From: Myxococcota bacterium
Lineage (GTDB): Bacteria; Myxococcota_A; SURF-8; G963663525
Direction: 5' to 3'
Assembly (NCBI GenBank): GCA_963676915.2
Contig: CAXXVK010000071.1
Coordinates: 1 to 27,156 of the forward strand
DNA length: 27,156 nt
Part shown: positions 18,446-27,156 of the stretch, piece by piece
Position numbering within the stretch: position 1 is the first letter of the stretch
Layout: each line of letters begins with the position of its first letter
Made by a program: the position numbers and the translations under genes
The notes under the pieces: generated by a model
What the model saw: only the letters and a program-made list of their open reading frames with translations
The model's database searches: none
Told to the model about the DNA's origin: nothing

Positions 18446-19309
18446 CTACCAACTTCCCCATAAACAGACCGAAACACCGTTTTCCATGGGGGATGCCCCA
18501 AAGTGATAGGCTTGTTTCGCCTCTTTTTTCTTGCCCGTAGCCTCGACGATCCACAGCGTCACCCCTGTAGCCATCAGTGCGCCACCAAGCGCGTAGCCTG
18601 TTGCCGCCATCCCTTTCCAGGTTGTATGGCGGCTTTTGGCGTCGGACTCTCCGGCAGCGTAATCGTCACGGACCTGGTTCATTTGCCAATGGGCGACGCC
18701 GCCGAACAACGTCAGCCCCACACCCGTAAAAAATGTGGCGTAAGCCGCCGTTGTCATGTTCGAGGAAGGCTTTTTGAGCGACTTGTGAGCTTTGGGTGGG
18801 GTTTGTGCCGTTTCGGGAGATGTTTTCTCGAACAGCTCCGCAACCGCTGAGGGAATCGCTTCGATCAGTCGGTTGATGTCTCCTTTCAACTGCACGCCCG
18901 AACGGGAAATCACTTCCGCCGAGCGGACGTTGATCCGTCGTAGGTTCAGAATCCAGTATTCGCCCAGGCGCCCGAGGTCACCGGATATCGCTTCGGGAAC
19001 TCCCAACGCCGCTCCGATCTCGGCAATGCAGCTTGCACTTTCCGCGCCGCATTTCTGGCGTTTTTCCTCACCCTGTAAAATGGTTAGAATATCCGCATCG
19101 GACAGCGCCGTACGACCGGAGCGCCGTTCGACTTCCAAGGTGATGAAACCGGAAATGGAGTCGATGTCTTCGATACTGACGCCGCTTTTCTTCTCCAGTT
19201 CCCACACCATGATGCCGGAACGTTCCTTTGTCTCGGCCATCGCCGGAGCGATCCATCCCGCCAGGAACGCGACCACAACAAAACCTGTCAGCCAAACGTA
19301 CAATTTCAT
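18446..19309 (-). CDS. Secreted protein with CsgG/TolB-N/DUF2380-like alpha/beta domain and hydrophobic C-terminal region ending in Trp
   Basis: Signal peptide MKLYVW...AMA from ATG 19309, C.....C.AEIG.ALG...I.G.LG.LG....LNLR.INV motif, two Gly-rich hydrophobic segments, terminal VSVCLWGSW. The stop is 3 bp before the lipoprotein ATG. Confidence 0.7.
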   Translation of the reverse strand: MKLYVWLTGFVVVAFLAGWIAPAMAETKERSGIMVWELEKKSGVSIEDIDSISGFITLEVERRSGRTALSDADILTILQGEEKRQKCGAESASCIAEIGAALGVPEAISGDLGRLGEYWILNLRRINVRSAEVISRSGVQLKGDINRLIEAIPSAVAELFEKTSPETAQTPPKAHKSLKKPSSNMTTAAYATFFTGVGLTLFGGVAHWQMNQVRDDYAAGESDAKSRHTTWKGMAATGYALGGALMATGVTLWIVEATGKKKEAKQAYHFGASPMENGVSVCLWGSW

Positions 19310-19389
19310 CGATATCAACCCTGTTCGTCTCCGAACGATCTTGAGAAGTAAGAATGCTGTTTTGTGCAATATCGCAATATGGTACGTCG

Positions 19390-19417
19390 AATATACCACA
19401 AAAGGGAAGGGCTTCAA
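19390..19417 (-). promoter_or_regulatory. Putative sigma70-type promoter of the partner-gene/LamG-lipoprotein operon
   Basis: Minus strand TTGAAG (19417-19412), 16-bp spacer, extended -10 TG-g-TATATT (hexamer 19395-19390), 80 nt upstream of ATG 19309. Confidence 0.55.
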
Positions 19418-19752
19418 GAAGATTCAGGCTCTAGTCAGCTTCAGGGAAATTTGCATAAAATGGTATATTCTCAGTTTTCTTGTGCTTTTTCCTCATTGGC
19501 ACAACTTTTCGACGGTTCGCCCAGGCTTCCTGCAGGTCTTCGAGACCGAGGGGCGTATAGTGGCATTACCGACGCCGGAGACCATGAAATCACGGTGGAA
19601 CACACGTTTTACGAGGATGGGAAAAAAGGACGCACCGAAATCATCTCTTTCGAAGTCGCTCGGGATGAACACGGCAAAGCTTACGCGTTGATGGGTCTTC
19701 CTCTGCTGATCGCGGGAAGGTCGTCGCCAACGACGAATTCGTCTCGAAATCA

Positions 19753-19792
19753 CCTCGAAATCCTCGGTCGGTATTTTTAGGATGACTTCTAA
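19753..19792 (-). mobile_element. Partial (one-ended) inverted copy of the MITE-like element
   Basis: Reverse complement TTAGAAGTCATCCTAAAAATACCGACCGAGGATTTCGAGG matches 6780-6819 at 39/40. Confidence 0.75.
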
Positions 19793-19817
19793 ACATTTTG
19801 AAATGCTTATCGCAGCT

Positions 19818-21251
19818 TTATTTTGCAGCAGTACATGAACCTTCTACACTCCATGAAGCGGGAGAACCATCCGGTGTATACTCGTCGTCCCATAGATATT
19901 TTTCAGCGTTTGAGTAGAATAAAATACTTGAGGTGTAGAGTGCATTCTCTGTGACAGGGAGAAATGTTATGTCAATTTCGTACGTCTCGCCTCGTTGTAG
20001 TATTAAATTCGGAAAAGGGTTCACTTCCTGAAAGGGTCTCTCAATGTTGTTAGGTGAAGCAGGCCCCCACGACATTGAACTGATATTCAATGGCATATCT
20101 CCACAGTTGCTAAGAGATAATGTTCGAGTTACCGGAGTATTCGGGGCTGTGTCGCCGAAATTGATACCAGGGCAGATCCCCAATCCCCAAAGACATGAAA
20201 CATCTTCCAAGGGGAGTATTTGCAAACATGGCAGCAGTAATTCCGGGCAGTAGATTTCGGTCGAATCTAATGCTGCACTACCCGAGTACCCTCCCGTAAT
20301 CGCAATGCATTTATCCGGCAGTAAACTTGCAGAATGAAGATATCGCGCCTGAAATAATGATCCCCCCTCCGACCAAGTGTTTGTTTCAGGATCGTAGATT
20401 TCACTTGATGCCAACGCCATCGACGACGATCTACCTCCGACAACCAACACACGATGATAAGGACTCTCCCATGCATACATCAATATCGTTGCGGTGTGAC
20501 TGGCTCGGGCTTCGTTCATCGGTTGAACGGCAGTAAATGTGTTCGTTTCCACGTTGTACGTATCGCAAGAGGCCACAGGCGTATTCTGGGCTTCTAAGCC
20601 CCCACAAATCAGCACATCCCCATCCTGTAACAGCACTGTTGTATGCCCGGCTCTAGCATGCTGCATAGTACCCGGAACAAGGGTAATGGTTTCAGCCGTT
20701 GGATCGTACAGTTCACACGTGTCCAAATACGTACTGAAATCGCTCTGTCCGCCGCAAATCAGAACTTTTCCATTATGCAGCAAATTTAGGGTAGGCACTT
20801 TACGAGCAGTACTCAAGCTCGGTCCGGCGGAGAAAATCCCCGTCGTCGGATCGAAAAGTTCGGTAGATGCCAGGTAGTCTCCACCCCCTTGGGGTTGACC
20901 ACCCACCACCCAGACGCTACCATTCTGCAACAAAACCGCGGCCTGGTTGAGTCTGTTTGTGGCAAGCGCTCCTGAAAATTGGGGATTCGTACCATTCTGA
21001 TCCAGAATTTCCGCTCTGGCATCTGTCGATCCACCAACAACCAGCACCCGACCATCGGTCAGGAGGGTTGCGGTGTGAGCCGAGCGATCAGCGTTCAGGT
21101 TGGTCGCTGCCAGCTCCATATGTTCGAGTTTGGATGTATCCGATACTTCGTCCTCCCTACCTAAATCCTGGGCTTCATTCGTGCAGGCGAAAATTGTCAT
21201 AATTGAAAACATACAAACGATTGTTTTCGTTGTTTTTTGAAACAATCCCAT
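19818..21251 (-). CDS. Kelch six-bladed beta-propeller lipoprotein with C-terminal Ig-like (choice-of-anchor D/ASH-like) domain
   Basis: ATG 21251 follows AGGAGAAGGA, lipobox IFA-C, six R..H.A.LL.(D/N)G.V.(V/I).GG repeats, INFGDT...TRTLSLSNCGDMPLNISS. Confidence 0.82.
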   Translation of the reverse strand: MGLFQKTTKTIVCMFSIMTIFACTNEAQDLGREDEVSDTSKLEHMELAATNLNADRSAHTATLLTDGRVLVVGGSTDARAEILDQNGTNPQFSGALATNRLNQAAVLLQNGSVWVVGGQPQGGGDYLASTELFDPTTGIFSAGPSLSTARKVPTLNLLHNGKVLICGGQSDFSTYLDTCELYDPTAETITLVPGTMQHARAGHTTVLLQDGDVLICGGLEAQNTPVASCDTYNVETNTFTAVQPMNEARASHTATILMYAWESPYHRVLVVGGRSSSMALASSEIYDPETNTWSEGGSLFQARYLHSASLLPDKCIAITGGYSGSAALDSTEIYCPELLLPCLQILPLEDVSCLWGLGICPGINFGDTAPNTPVTRTLSLSNCGDMPLNISSMSWGPASPNNIERPFQEVNPFPNLILQRGETYEIDITFLPVTENALYTSSILFYSNAEKYLWDDEYTPDGSPASWSVEGSCTAAK

Positions 21252-21300
21252 GGAATTCCTTCTCCTGTATCTACACTTGAGCAAATCACCCATTTGAGAC

Positions 21301-23139
21301 CTAAGAAGGGTCGATTGTGCCATCAGGTATTATTTCTATGTTTTCCGTATCGATTACACGAATCCAGCCAGCATTCCAATGCATTCCAGGTTCAATACCG
21401 CTTACAGTGTGTGGTGGACCATAAAGCAATGTTGCCATCAGGTTTCCATGGATCCACACCTTTACCTTCGCTTGATCGTTGTAATTTATTGTGGAGTAAT
21501 TTTCAACGGCAATCCGATAATCACCAGCCATCGCACCGGACATGATCATTACTTCAGGGCCGCTTCCTGAAATGTCGTCGAAAAGCAACATTGGGTCGTC
21601 AGACCGAAGACCTTGGATATTCCAATCGACGGCATTGAGAGGACCGGGGCATCCTCTTTCTGGGCAAGGCATTTCAGCCCCATTAGATGTATTGCAATTG
21701 CAATAATGACAATCGGAATCATTATTGTCACTGCAATCTCGCGAGAAGCTCCCCTCGGGTCGAATTAGGTGCAGATCGTAGTCACTGTTCGTCGACGTCC
21801 AGGTAAGCTGAATGTAAACATCTGGAACAGGAATTGCCTCAATAACAATTTCATCGGTGGTTGTTTCTTCACAACTGCCTACGAGATTACGTAACGTTAG
21901 TCTCAGTTCATATGTCCCTGGTGTTTCCGAATAAAAATGAATGTTTGAGTCACTTAGCCATTGACCCGCTACAGAATTGTTTTCTCCGTCTTGGATTATG
22001 GCCCTGTAAGCGTCATCCGGTTTGGTGATCCACTCCCATTTATATGCGATGTTTTCTTCACCCATATGAAAAAAACCTTGTTGATTGAGGTATATCGTTT
22101 TCAACGGTTCGACAATCTTGTCCTGTCCAGCATTTGCCACAGTACATCTGTTGAGTATCTCGACAGTAGCCAATCCGCCAGAACCAGAGTAACCTCCGGC
22201 AACCATTACTCGCCCATCGGACAACAAGCTTGCTGAATGCAAATATCTTGCCTGAGAAAGGGTACCGTCAGCTATCCAAATATTTTCAATCGGGTTGTAA
22301 ACTTCACTCGATGTCAAGGCTGATGAGGACGAGCGTCCACCTGCAACAAGTACCTGGCCATCGCTTAACACCGTCGCTGTATGGCTTGCTCGGGCTTCGC
22401 TCATCGGCTGAACGGCAGTATAGTCATTCGTATCAGTGTTGTAACGATCGCAGGTTAACGCTGGCGTATTCTGGGCGACCATGCCCCCACAAATCAACAC
22501 ATTCCCATCTTGGAGCAACACCGCCGTATGCCCGGCTCGTGTATGCTGCATAGCACCCGGCACAAGAGTGATAGTTTCAGCCATTGGGTCGTATAGTTCA
22601 CAGGTGTCCAAATACGTACTGAAATCGCTCTGCCCGCCGCAAATCAGAACGTTTCCATTTCTCAAGAGGTTCAGCGTTGGTGCCTTGCGAGCTACAGTCA
22701 AATTCGGTCCGGAAAAGAAGGCTTCCGTTGCCGGATTGTATAACTCGGTAGAGGCCAGGTAATTCCCGCCACTTTGAGGTTGACCACCGACCACCCATAC
22801 CTTGCCGTTGGGCAGCAAAATAGCCGCGTGGTTGAGCCGGTTTGTAGCCAGCGCACCGGTGAACTGTTGGTTTTCACCTGCTTGATCCAGAATTTCCGCT
22901 CTGGCGTCTGTCGATCCACCGACAACCAGCACCCGACCATCGGTCAGGAGGGTTGCGGTATGTGCAGTTCGCCCGGCATTCATGTTCGTCGTCGACAGCA
23001 CGAGCTGGTCCAGGTCCGTAGTATCATCGGTCTTTGCATCAAACGATGACTCTTGAGAACAAGACGAACAGCAAACGAGGACTAAAGCCAACACACTTGC
23101 GAAGATTTTATTTTTTACACGGTTCATATCTGAAACCAT
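21301..23139 (-). CDS. Kelch six-bladed beta-propeller probable lipoprotein with PKD-like and YfaP/DUF2135-like C-terminal domains
   Basis: Signal peptide ending VCCSSC, six Kelch repeats, VANAGQD...YKWE (PKD-like), IQLTW....DYDLHL...DD..G.GPE...GDYRI.V. The start overlaps the upstream stop (TGATG). Confidence 0.82.
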   Translation of the reverse strand: MVSDMNRVKNKIFASVLALVLVCCSSCSQESSFDAKTDDTTDLDQLVLSTTNMNAGRTAHTATLLTDGRVLVVGGSTDARAEILDQAGENQQFTGALATNRLNHAAILLPNGKVWVVGGQPQSGGNYLASTELYNPATEAFFSGPNLTVARKAPTLNLLRNGNVLICGGQSDFSTYLDTCELYDPMAETITLVPGAMQHTRAGHTAVLLQDGNVLICGGMVAQNTPALTCDRYNTDTNDYTAVQPMSEARASHTATVLSDGQVLVAGGRSSSSALTSSEVYNPIENIWIADGTLSQARYLHSASLLSDGRVMVAGGYSGSGGLATVEILNRCTVANAGQDKIVEPLKTIYLNQQGFFHMGEENIAYKWEWITKPDDAYRAIIQDGENNSVAGQWLSDSNIHFYSETPGTYELRLTLRNLVGSCEETTTDEIVIEAIPVPDVYIQLTWTSTNSDYDLHLIRPEGSFSRDCSDNNDSDCHYCNCNTSNGAEMPCPERGCPGPLNAVDWNIQGLRSDDPMLLFDDISGSGPEVMIMSGAMAGDYRIAVENYSTINYNDQAKVKVWIHGNLMATLLYGPPHTVSGIEPGMHWNAGWIRVIDTENIEIIPDGTIDPS

Positions 23140-26100
23140 CAGTGAATGCTAATGTGAAGCTTTTTACGGGTAATGGCTAATCCCAACCCGAAAAGAACTA
23201 TGAAAAGGAAGCTCACCCCCGAAGTACCTGAGGACTGGCAACCTCCGCCTCCGCCAACCGGCAAAACGTCTTCATCGCCATCCTGAGGGATTTCCTCATC
23301 AGCACCCGTAGAAGTATCTTCATCCGCTACCGGTTGATTTTCGCTTGTGTCATCGTCTGCATCAGCCAAATCTCTATCCGAAACGTCAATATCGTGATCA
23401 ACATCGGCCATTTCTTCGTCCTCGACTTCCTCGTCACCATCTACACAGGCGCCTTCAACACCCAAGCACTCTCCAGTAGACGTACATGAATCTTCCGATG
23501 TACATGGGTCACCATCGTCACAGACAGTTCCTTCGACCTCCAGCACAACATCGCAACCGCCGACTCCATCGCAAGTCGCAGAGGCCACACAAGGCCCTTC
23601 CTGGCTTTGGCAGGAATACGAAGAACCGATGCAGTCTCCGTTGGCATCACATTGATCAAAGGTTGTACAAGGATCACTATCGTCACAGGCGGTTCCTTCG
23701 ACTTCCAGTACGACGTCGCAACCACCAGCACCATCGCAGTCCGAGCTGATCACGCATTGCCGATCATCAGTGCAAGAATACCCGGTCCCAACACATAATC
23801 CGTTGTCGTCGCATTGGTCGTTGAACGTACAAAGACTCTCATCCGTGCAAGTGGTGCCGGTATCTGCCAACGGATAGGCACAAATGGGTTCTCCGGAATC
23901 CGGGTCGAAGGCAGGATAACCAGGCGTCAGACGGCAAGCAGCGCTGGGTTCCTGCAAGCAGTCCAATGAGATACCGCCGACGCATAACCCCGTAATCGGA
24001 TCGCATCCGCTATCGCAGGGGTATTGATGCTCTGGATACTCACACTCTCCGACCTGAGGATCACATTCACCATGGGCCTCGAACAGACGCATGTTCACGT
24101 CATCCATGCAATTGGGAATCAATGGTGTTACACAAGGCTTGAGTTCACCTTCGCAAACGCCTTCTTCCATGCAAACATCGTAAATCGTACACAGGTTGCC
24201 ATCGTTGCATTCTGTTCCCGTTTCTTTATATTCTCGAATACATCCTCCAAAACCATCGCATTGGGCTGAAATATCGCAGGTGCGTACCTCGCAAGCGTAG
24301 GTTGTACCCATACAAAGTCCAAAGCCGTCGCAGATATCGCTATGCGTGCAGGGATCTTCATCATCGCAGGCCGCGTCGAACGGCATGGGGGACCAGGCAT
24401 ATTGATTTTGACTGTCGGCACAAAGCTCGCATTGATTGTCTGGGTTTCTCGTACCATCATTAAAACAGACGCTTTGAATCAAGCAGGTGCCCGGCATCGC
24501 CTCATGGACACAGGCTCCTGACCCATTACAGACATCCGAAGTACAAGCGAGATCGTCTGTTGTACAAGCCTCTCCGTACGGCGTGTTGTCCGGTTCACAT
24601 CCACCGGCTCCATCGCAATTGACGGCCAATTCACATTCTTCTGGATCTCTACAGGTATAGGTCGTGCCCTGGCAAACGCCTGCACCATCGCAGACATCCG
24701 TATGCGTGCAGGCTTCTCCATCATCACAGGAAAAGCCGCTCTCTTGATACGTCACAGTACAATCGCCAAGACCGTCACAGGTTACGGTGTCCTCGCATTG
24801 CGTTGGTTCCGGGCAGGTGTAACCTGTGCCAGCACAATTGCCGGCGCCATCGCATTCGTCCGTATGCGTACAGGTTGTTTCATCATTACAGGCGGTTCCG
24901 TTCGGCTGGTATTCTCTGTTGCAACCACCTTCGCCATCACATGTGACATTGATCTCGCACTGGTTTGGATCATCGCAAGTATAATTTGTTCCGGCGCAAA
25001 CTCCTGCACCGTCGCAGATGTCCGAATGCGTGCAGTCCTCGCTATCGTCGCAAGTCGTGTCAACGGGTAAATTGCTCCAGGAAGAGTGGCTCTCGCTGGC
25101 TACACAGCCAATGCATTGCTCTCCTTGCTGGGCGGCACCATCGTCGTAGCAGGTATTGTCGATCAGACATTTGTTGAGCATCACAAGGTGCTCACAAGTC
25201 CCTGAACCGTTGCAGACGTCGTTGGTGCAGGAGAAGGCATCATTAGTACAGGCTGTGCCTTGTTCAAAGTCGCTCCAACCTTCCTGGGAGATCGCAGGAG
25301 CACAACCGACACATTCGTTGGTCGAGCTTTCCGCTCCGGATTCGTAGCAGGAACCATCGATCAAACATTTGTTCGTTTGGATTGGATGGGTGCAAGCCCC
25401 CATGCCATCACAGATATCGTTGGTACAAGAGAAACCGTCGTTCGTGCAACCCGTGTTCAGCGGCAAATTGCTCCAAGATTCTTGAGAATTTGCCGGGTTA
25501 CAGCCGACACACTCATTGGTGGGGTTCGCCAAACCCGAAACGTAACAGGTATCATCGATCAGGCATTTGTCGTTTTGCAGGTTATGCGTACAGACCCCTG
25601 CACCATCACACACATCGTTCGTGCAAGATAAGTTATCGGACGTACATCCATAACCCTGTGGATGATACTGGTGATTGCAGCCACCGTTACCATCGCAAGT
25701 CACTGCATTCTCGCAATCGTTTGGCGCTTCACAGCTATAATCCGTACCGCCGCAGTTTCCAGCACCGTCGCATTGGTCCGTATGTGTGCACGAGTTTCCA
25801 TCGTCGCACACGAAGCCATTTGATTTGTAAACCACCGTACAGTCCACACCATTGGGCGTCGAGCTTTCCTCGCATTGAGTAGGTGTACAGACATAGAAAT
25901 CTCCTGCACATCCACCTTGACCGTCGCAACGGTCATTGCGGGTGTTGTTCAATCCGTCGTCGCAGGTGGCTCCATTCTCCTTGTATGTCACCGTGCATCC
26001 ACCCAGTCCGTCGCATTCCACGCTTTCCTCGCACTGTGTCGGAGCTGGACAGGAGTACACCGTTGCACCCGCACAGATTCCCTCACCGTCGCAAATATCC

Positions 26101-27156
26101 CCGTAACTGCAGGCATTTCCATCGTCACAGCTATAACCGGCAGGTCGATTCAACCCTTCACAGTTTCCTGCGGAATCACAAGCCGTATCATAGGTACAGG
26201 CGTTCTGGTCGTCACAGACCGTTCCCACCGATTCCTGATCGTAACTGCAGGCACCTCCGGAACAGGTGCCGGTAGCCTCGAAGCAGAAAGTGTTCAGCGG
26301 TTCGTCGCAAACCACTCCACAACAGGGATCGCCGTTGCATAATCCTGTGATTTCATTGCAGCCACCACCGCAGCCCAGGGAGCAGTCCACTTCGTTGTAT
26401 GTGTAATCGCATTCACCATCATTACGGTCGCAGATCCCGATAGTGTTGTGGACAATGGAGGTATTGGCGTCCTGGCAATAGGCGATCGGCGGGGTGTCAC
26501 AAGCTTTCGGGGTTCCTACACACTGCCCACCGGAACATTCATCGGTGAGTGTGCATAGGTTGTCGTCATCGCAATCGGTTCCATCATCCACATTGGTAGG
26601 TGTACAACCTCCGAATCCGTTGCATTCGGAAGCTGTCTGGCATTGGTTGGGTTCACAGGTGTAATCCGTACCACCACACGTGCCATCGTCTTGACAGGTA
26701 TCAAAATAGGTGCAATTTACATCATCATTGCAGAATCTTCCTTCAACTACCGTTGGATCGCAGATCCCTGCATTACATTCGCCATCAACATACCCTTCCA
26801 TATATTCAGCGTTGTAGCAATTCCAATCTCCGAACTCATCAGTCCATTCTACAGAGCACTCTGTACCATTGTCCACTAAGGGGTATTCGCATTGTCCATC
26901 CAAACAAGTTCCATTTGCATCTCGACAAAAATACCGAGAAAAATTTGCATCCATTTGGCAAGCCTCATCGCAGGCACAGGCTTCCCCTTGACCGGCTCTC
27001 GTGATGGAAATCCCCTGCGTGTTGGAAAGCCCATGAACCGTCACGCCTAAAGAATAATAGTTGCTGAATTCGGTGTCGCAGGGAATCGTCACCTGAACGA
27101 AATCGTCATACCACATGACAGCAGGAAGGTAGATGGAAGGCTCGGCCTCGTAGCCC
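23139..27156 (-). CDS. Giant Cys-rich repeat surface protein with GGGGGC-TM-basic anchor (5' end outside the window)
   Basis: The frame stays open to the window edge (GYEAEPSIYLPAV precedes the listed Met at 27116). Many CDD.N.CT..D.CDG.G.C.G..Y.C repeats, an acidic linker, then GGGGGCQSS-hydrophobic-RKK. Confidence 0.88.
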   Translation of the reverse strand, partial: GYEAEPSIYLPAVMWYDDFVQVTIPCDTEFSNYYSLGVTVHGLSNTQGISITRAGQGEACACDEACQMDANFSRYFCRDANGTCLDGQCEYPLVDNGTECSVEWTDEFGDWNCYNAEYMEGYVDGECNAGICDPTVVEGRFCNDDVNCTYFDTCQDDGTCGGTDYTCEPNQCQTASECNGFGGCTPTNVDDGTDCDDDNLCTLTDECSGGQCVGTPKACDTPPIAYCQDANTSIVHNTIGICDRNDGECDYTYNEVDCSLGCGGGCNEITGLCNGDPCCGVVCDEPLNTFCFEATGTCSGGACSYDQESVGTVCDDQNACTYDTACDSAGNCEGLNRPAGYSCDDGNACSYGDICDGEGICAGATVYSCPAPTQCEESVECDGLGGCTVTYKENGATCDDGLNNTRNDRCDGQGGCAGDFYVCTPTQCEESSTPNGVDCTVVYKSNGFVCDDGNSCTHTDQCDGAGNCGGTDYSCEAPNDCENAVTCDGNGGCNHQYHPQGYGCTSDNLSCTNDVCDGAGVCTHNLQNDKCLIDDTCYVSGLANPTNECVGCNPANSQESWSNLPLNTGCTNDGFSCTNDICDGMGACTHPIQTNKCLIDGSCYESGAESSTNECVGCAPAISQEGWSDFEQGTACTNDAFSCTNDVCNGSGTCEHLVMLNKCLIDNTCYDDGAAQQGEQCIGCVASESHSSWSNLPVDTTCDDSEDCTHSDICDGAGVCAGTNYTCDDPNQCEINVTCDGEGGCNREYQPNGTACNDETTCTHTDECDGAGNCAGTGYTCPEPTQCEDTVTCDGLGDCTVTYQESGFSCDDGEACTHTDVCDGAGVCQGTTYTCRDPEECELAVNCDGAGGCEPDNTPYGEACTTDDLACTSDVCNGSGACVHEAMPGTCLIQSVCFNDGTRNPDNQCELCADSQNQYAWSPMPFDAACDDEDPCTHSDICDGFGLCMGTTYACEVRTCDISAQCDGFGGCIREYKETGTECNDGNLCTIYDVCMEEGVCEGELKPCVTPLIPNCMDDVNMRLFEAHGECDPQVGECEYPEHQYPCDSGCDPITGLCVGGISLDCLQEPSAACRLTPGYPAFDPDSGEPICAYPLADTGTTCTDESLCTFNDQCDDNGLCVGTGYSCTDDRQCVISSDCDGAGGCDVVLEVEGTACDDSDPCTTFDQCDANGDCIGSSYSCQSQEGPCVASATCDGVGGCDVVLEVEGTVCDDGDPCTSEDSCTSTGECLGVEGACVDGDEEVEDEEMADVDHDIDVSDRDLADADDDTSENQPVADEDTSTGADEEIPQDGDEDVLPVGGGGGCQSSGTSGVSFLFIVLFGLGLAITRKKLHISIH
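25053..25646 (-). repeat. Intragenic tandem repeat, 3 x 198 bp (66 aa), with a fourth copy at 24369-24566
   Basis: Unit CT.D..SCTND.C.G.G.C.H....KCLID..CY..G......C.GC....S...WS. Confidence 0.85.

Noticed and set aside
19497-19511. Sigma54-like TGGCAC motif
   Set aside because: The -12 position reads TTCG, lacking the invariant GC.
19818-23139. Possible diversity-generating retroelement template/variable repeat pair
   Set aside because: Both copies are coding, the differences inspected are not adenine-specific and are often synonymous, and there is no reverse transcriptase in the window.

Overview
Bacterial DNA, probably from an anaerobic deltaproteobacterial/Myxococcota-like organism (inferred from GGGGGC C-terminal anchors, Cys-rich surface proteins and gcdA). 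The left 6.6 kb is metabolic: an sdhCDAB succinate:quinone oxidoreductase operon, a TSUP/TauE-family transporter and a lone glutaconyl-CoA decarboxylase alpha subunit (gcdA). The genes in the first 4.5 kb, except sdhD, are broken by about 12 frameshifts, nearly all +1, which look like sequencing errors. The remaining 20 kb is an accessory cell-surface cluster: two giant Cys-rich proteins with GGGGGC-TM-basic tails, a 1732-aa lipoprotein with three LamG domains, its co-transcribed CsgG/TolB-N-like partner, two duplicated Kelch lipoproteins with different C-termini, and a tandem-domain class III nucleotide cyclase. The most notable unannotated structures are: (i) AT-rich in-frame cores inside each LamG domain, bounded by the same motifs in a GC-rich scaffold; (ii) two LamG domains apparently nested inside a split DUF2341-like domain; (iii) a 93-bp MITE-like element plus an inverted partial copy that together bracket 13 kb; (iv) a REPIN-like palindrome doublet. 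All family assignments come from motif recognition, not database searches.
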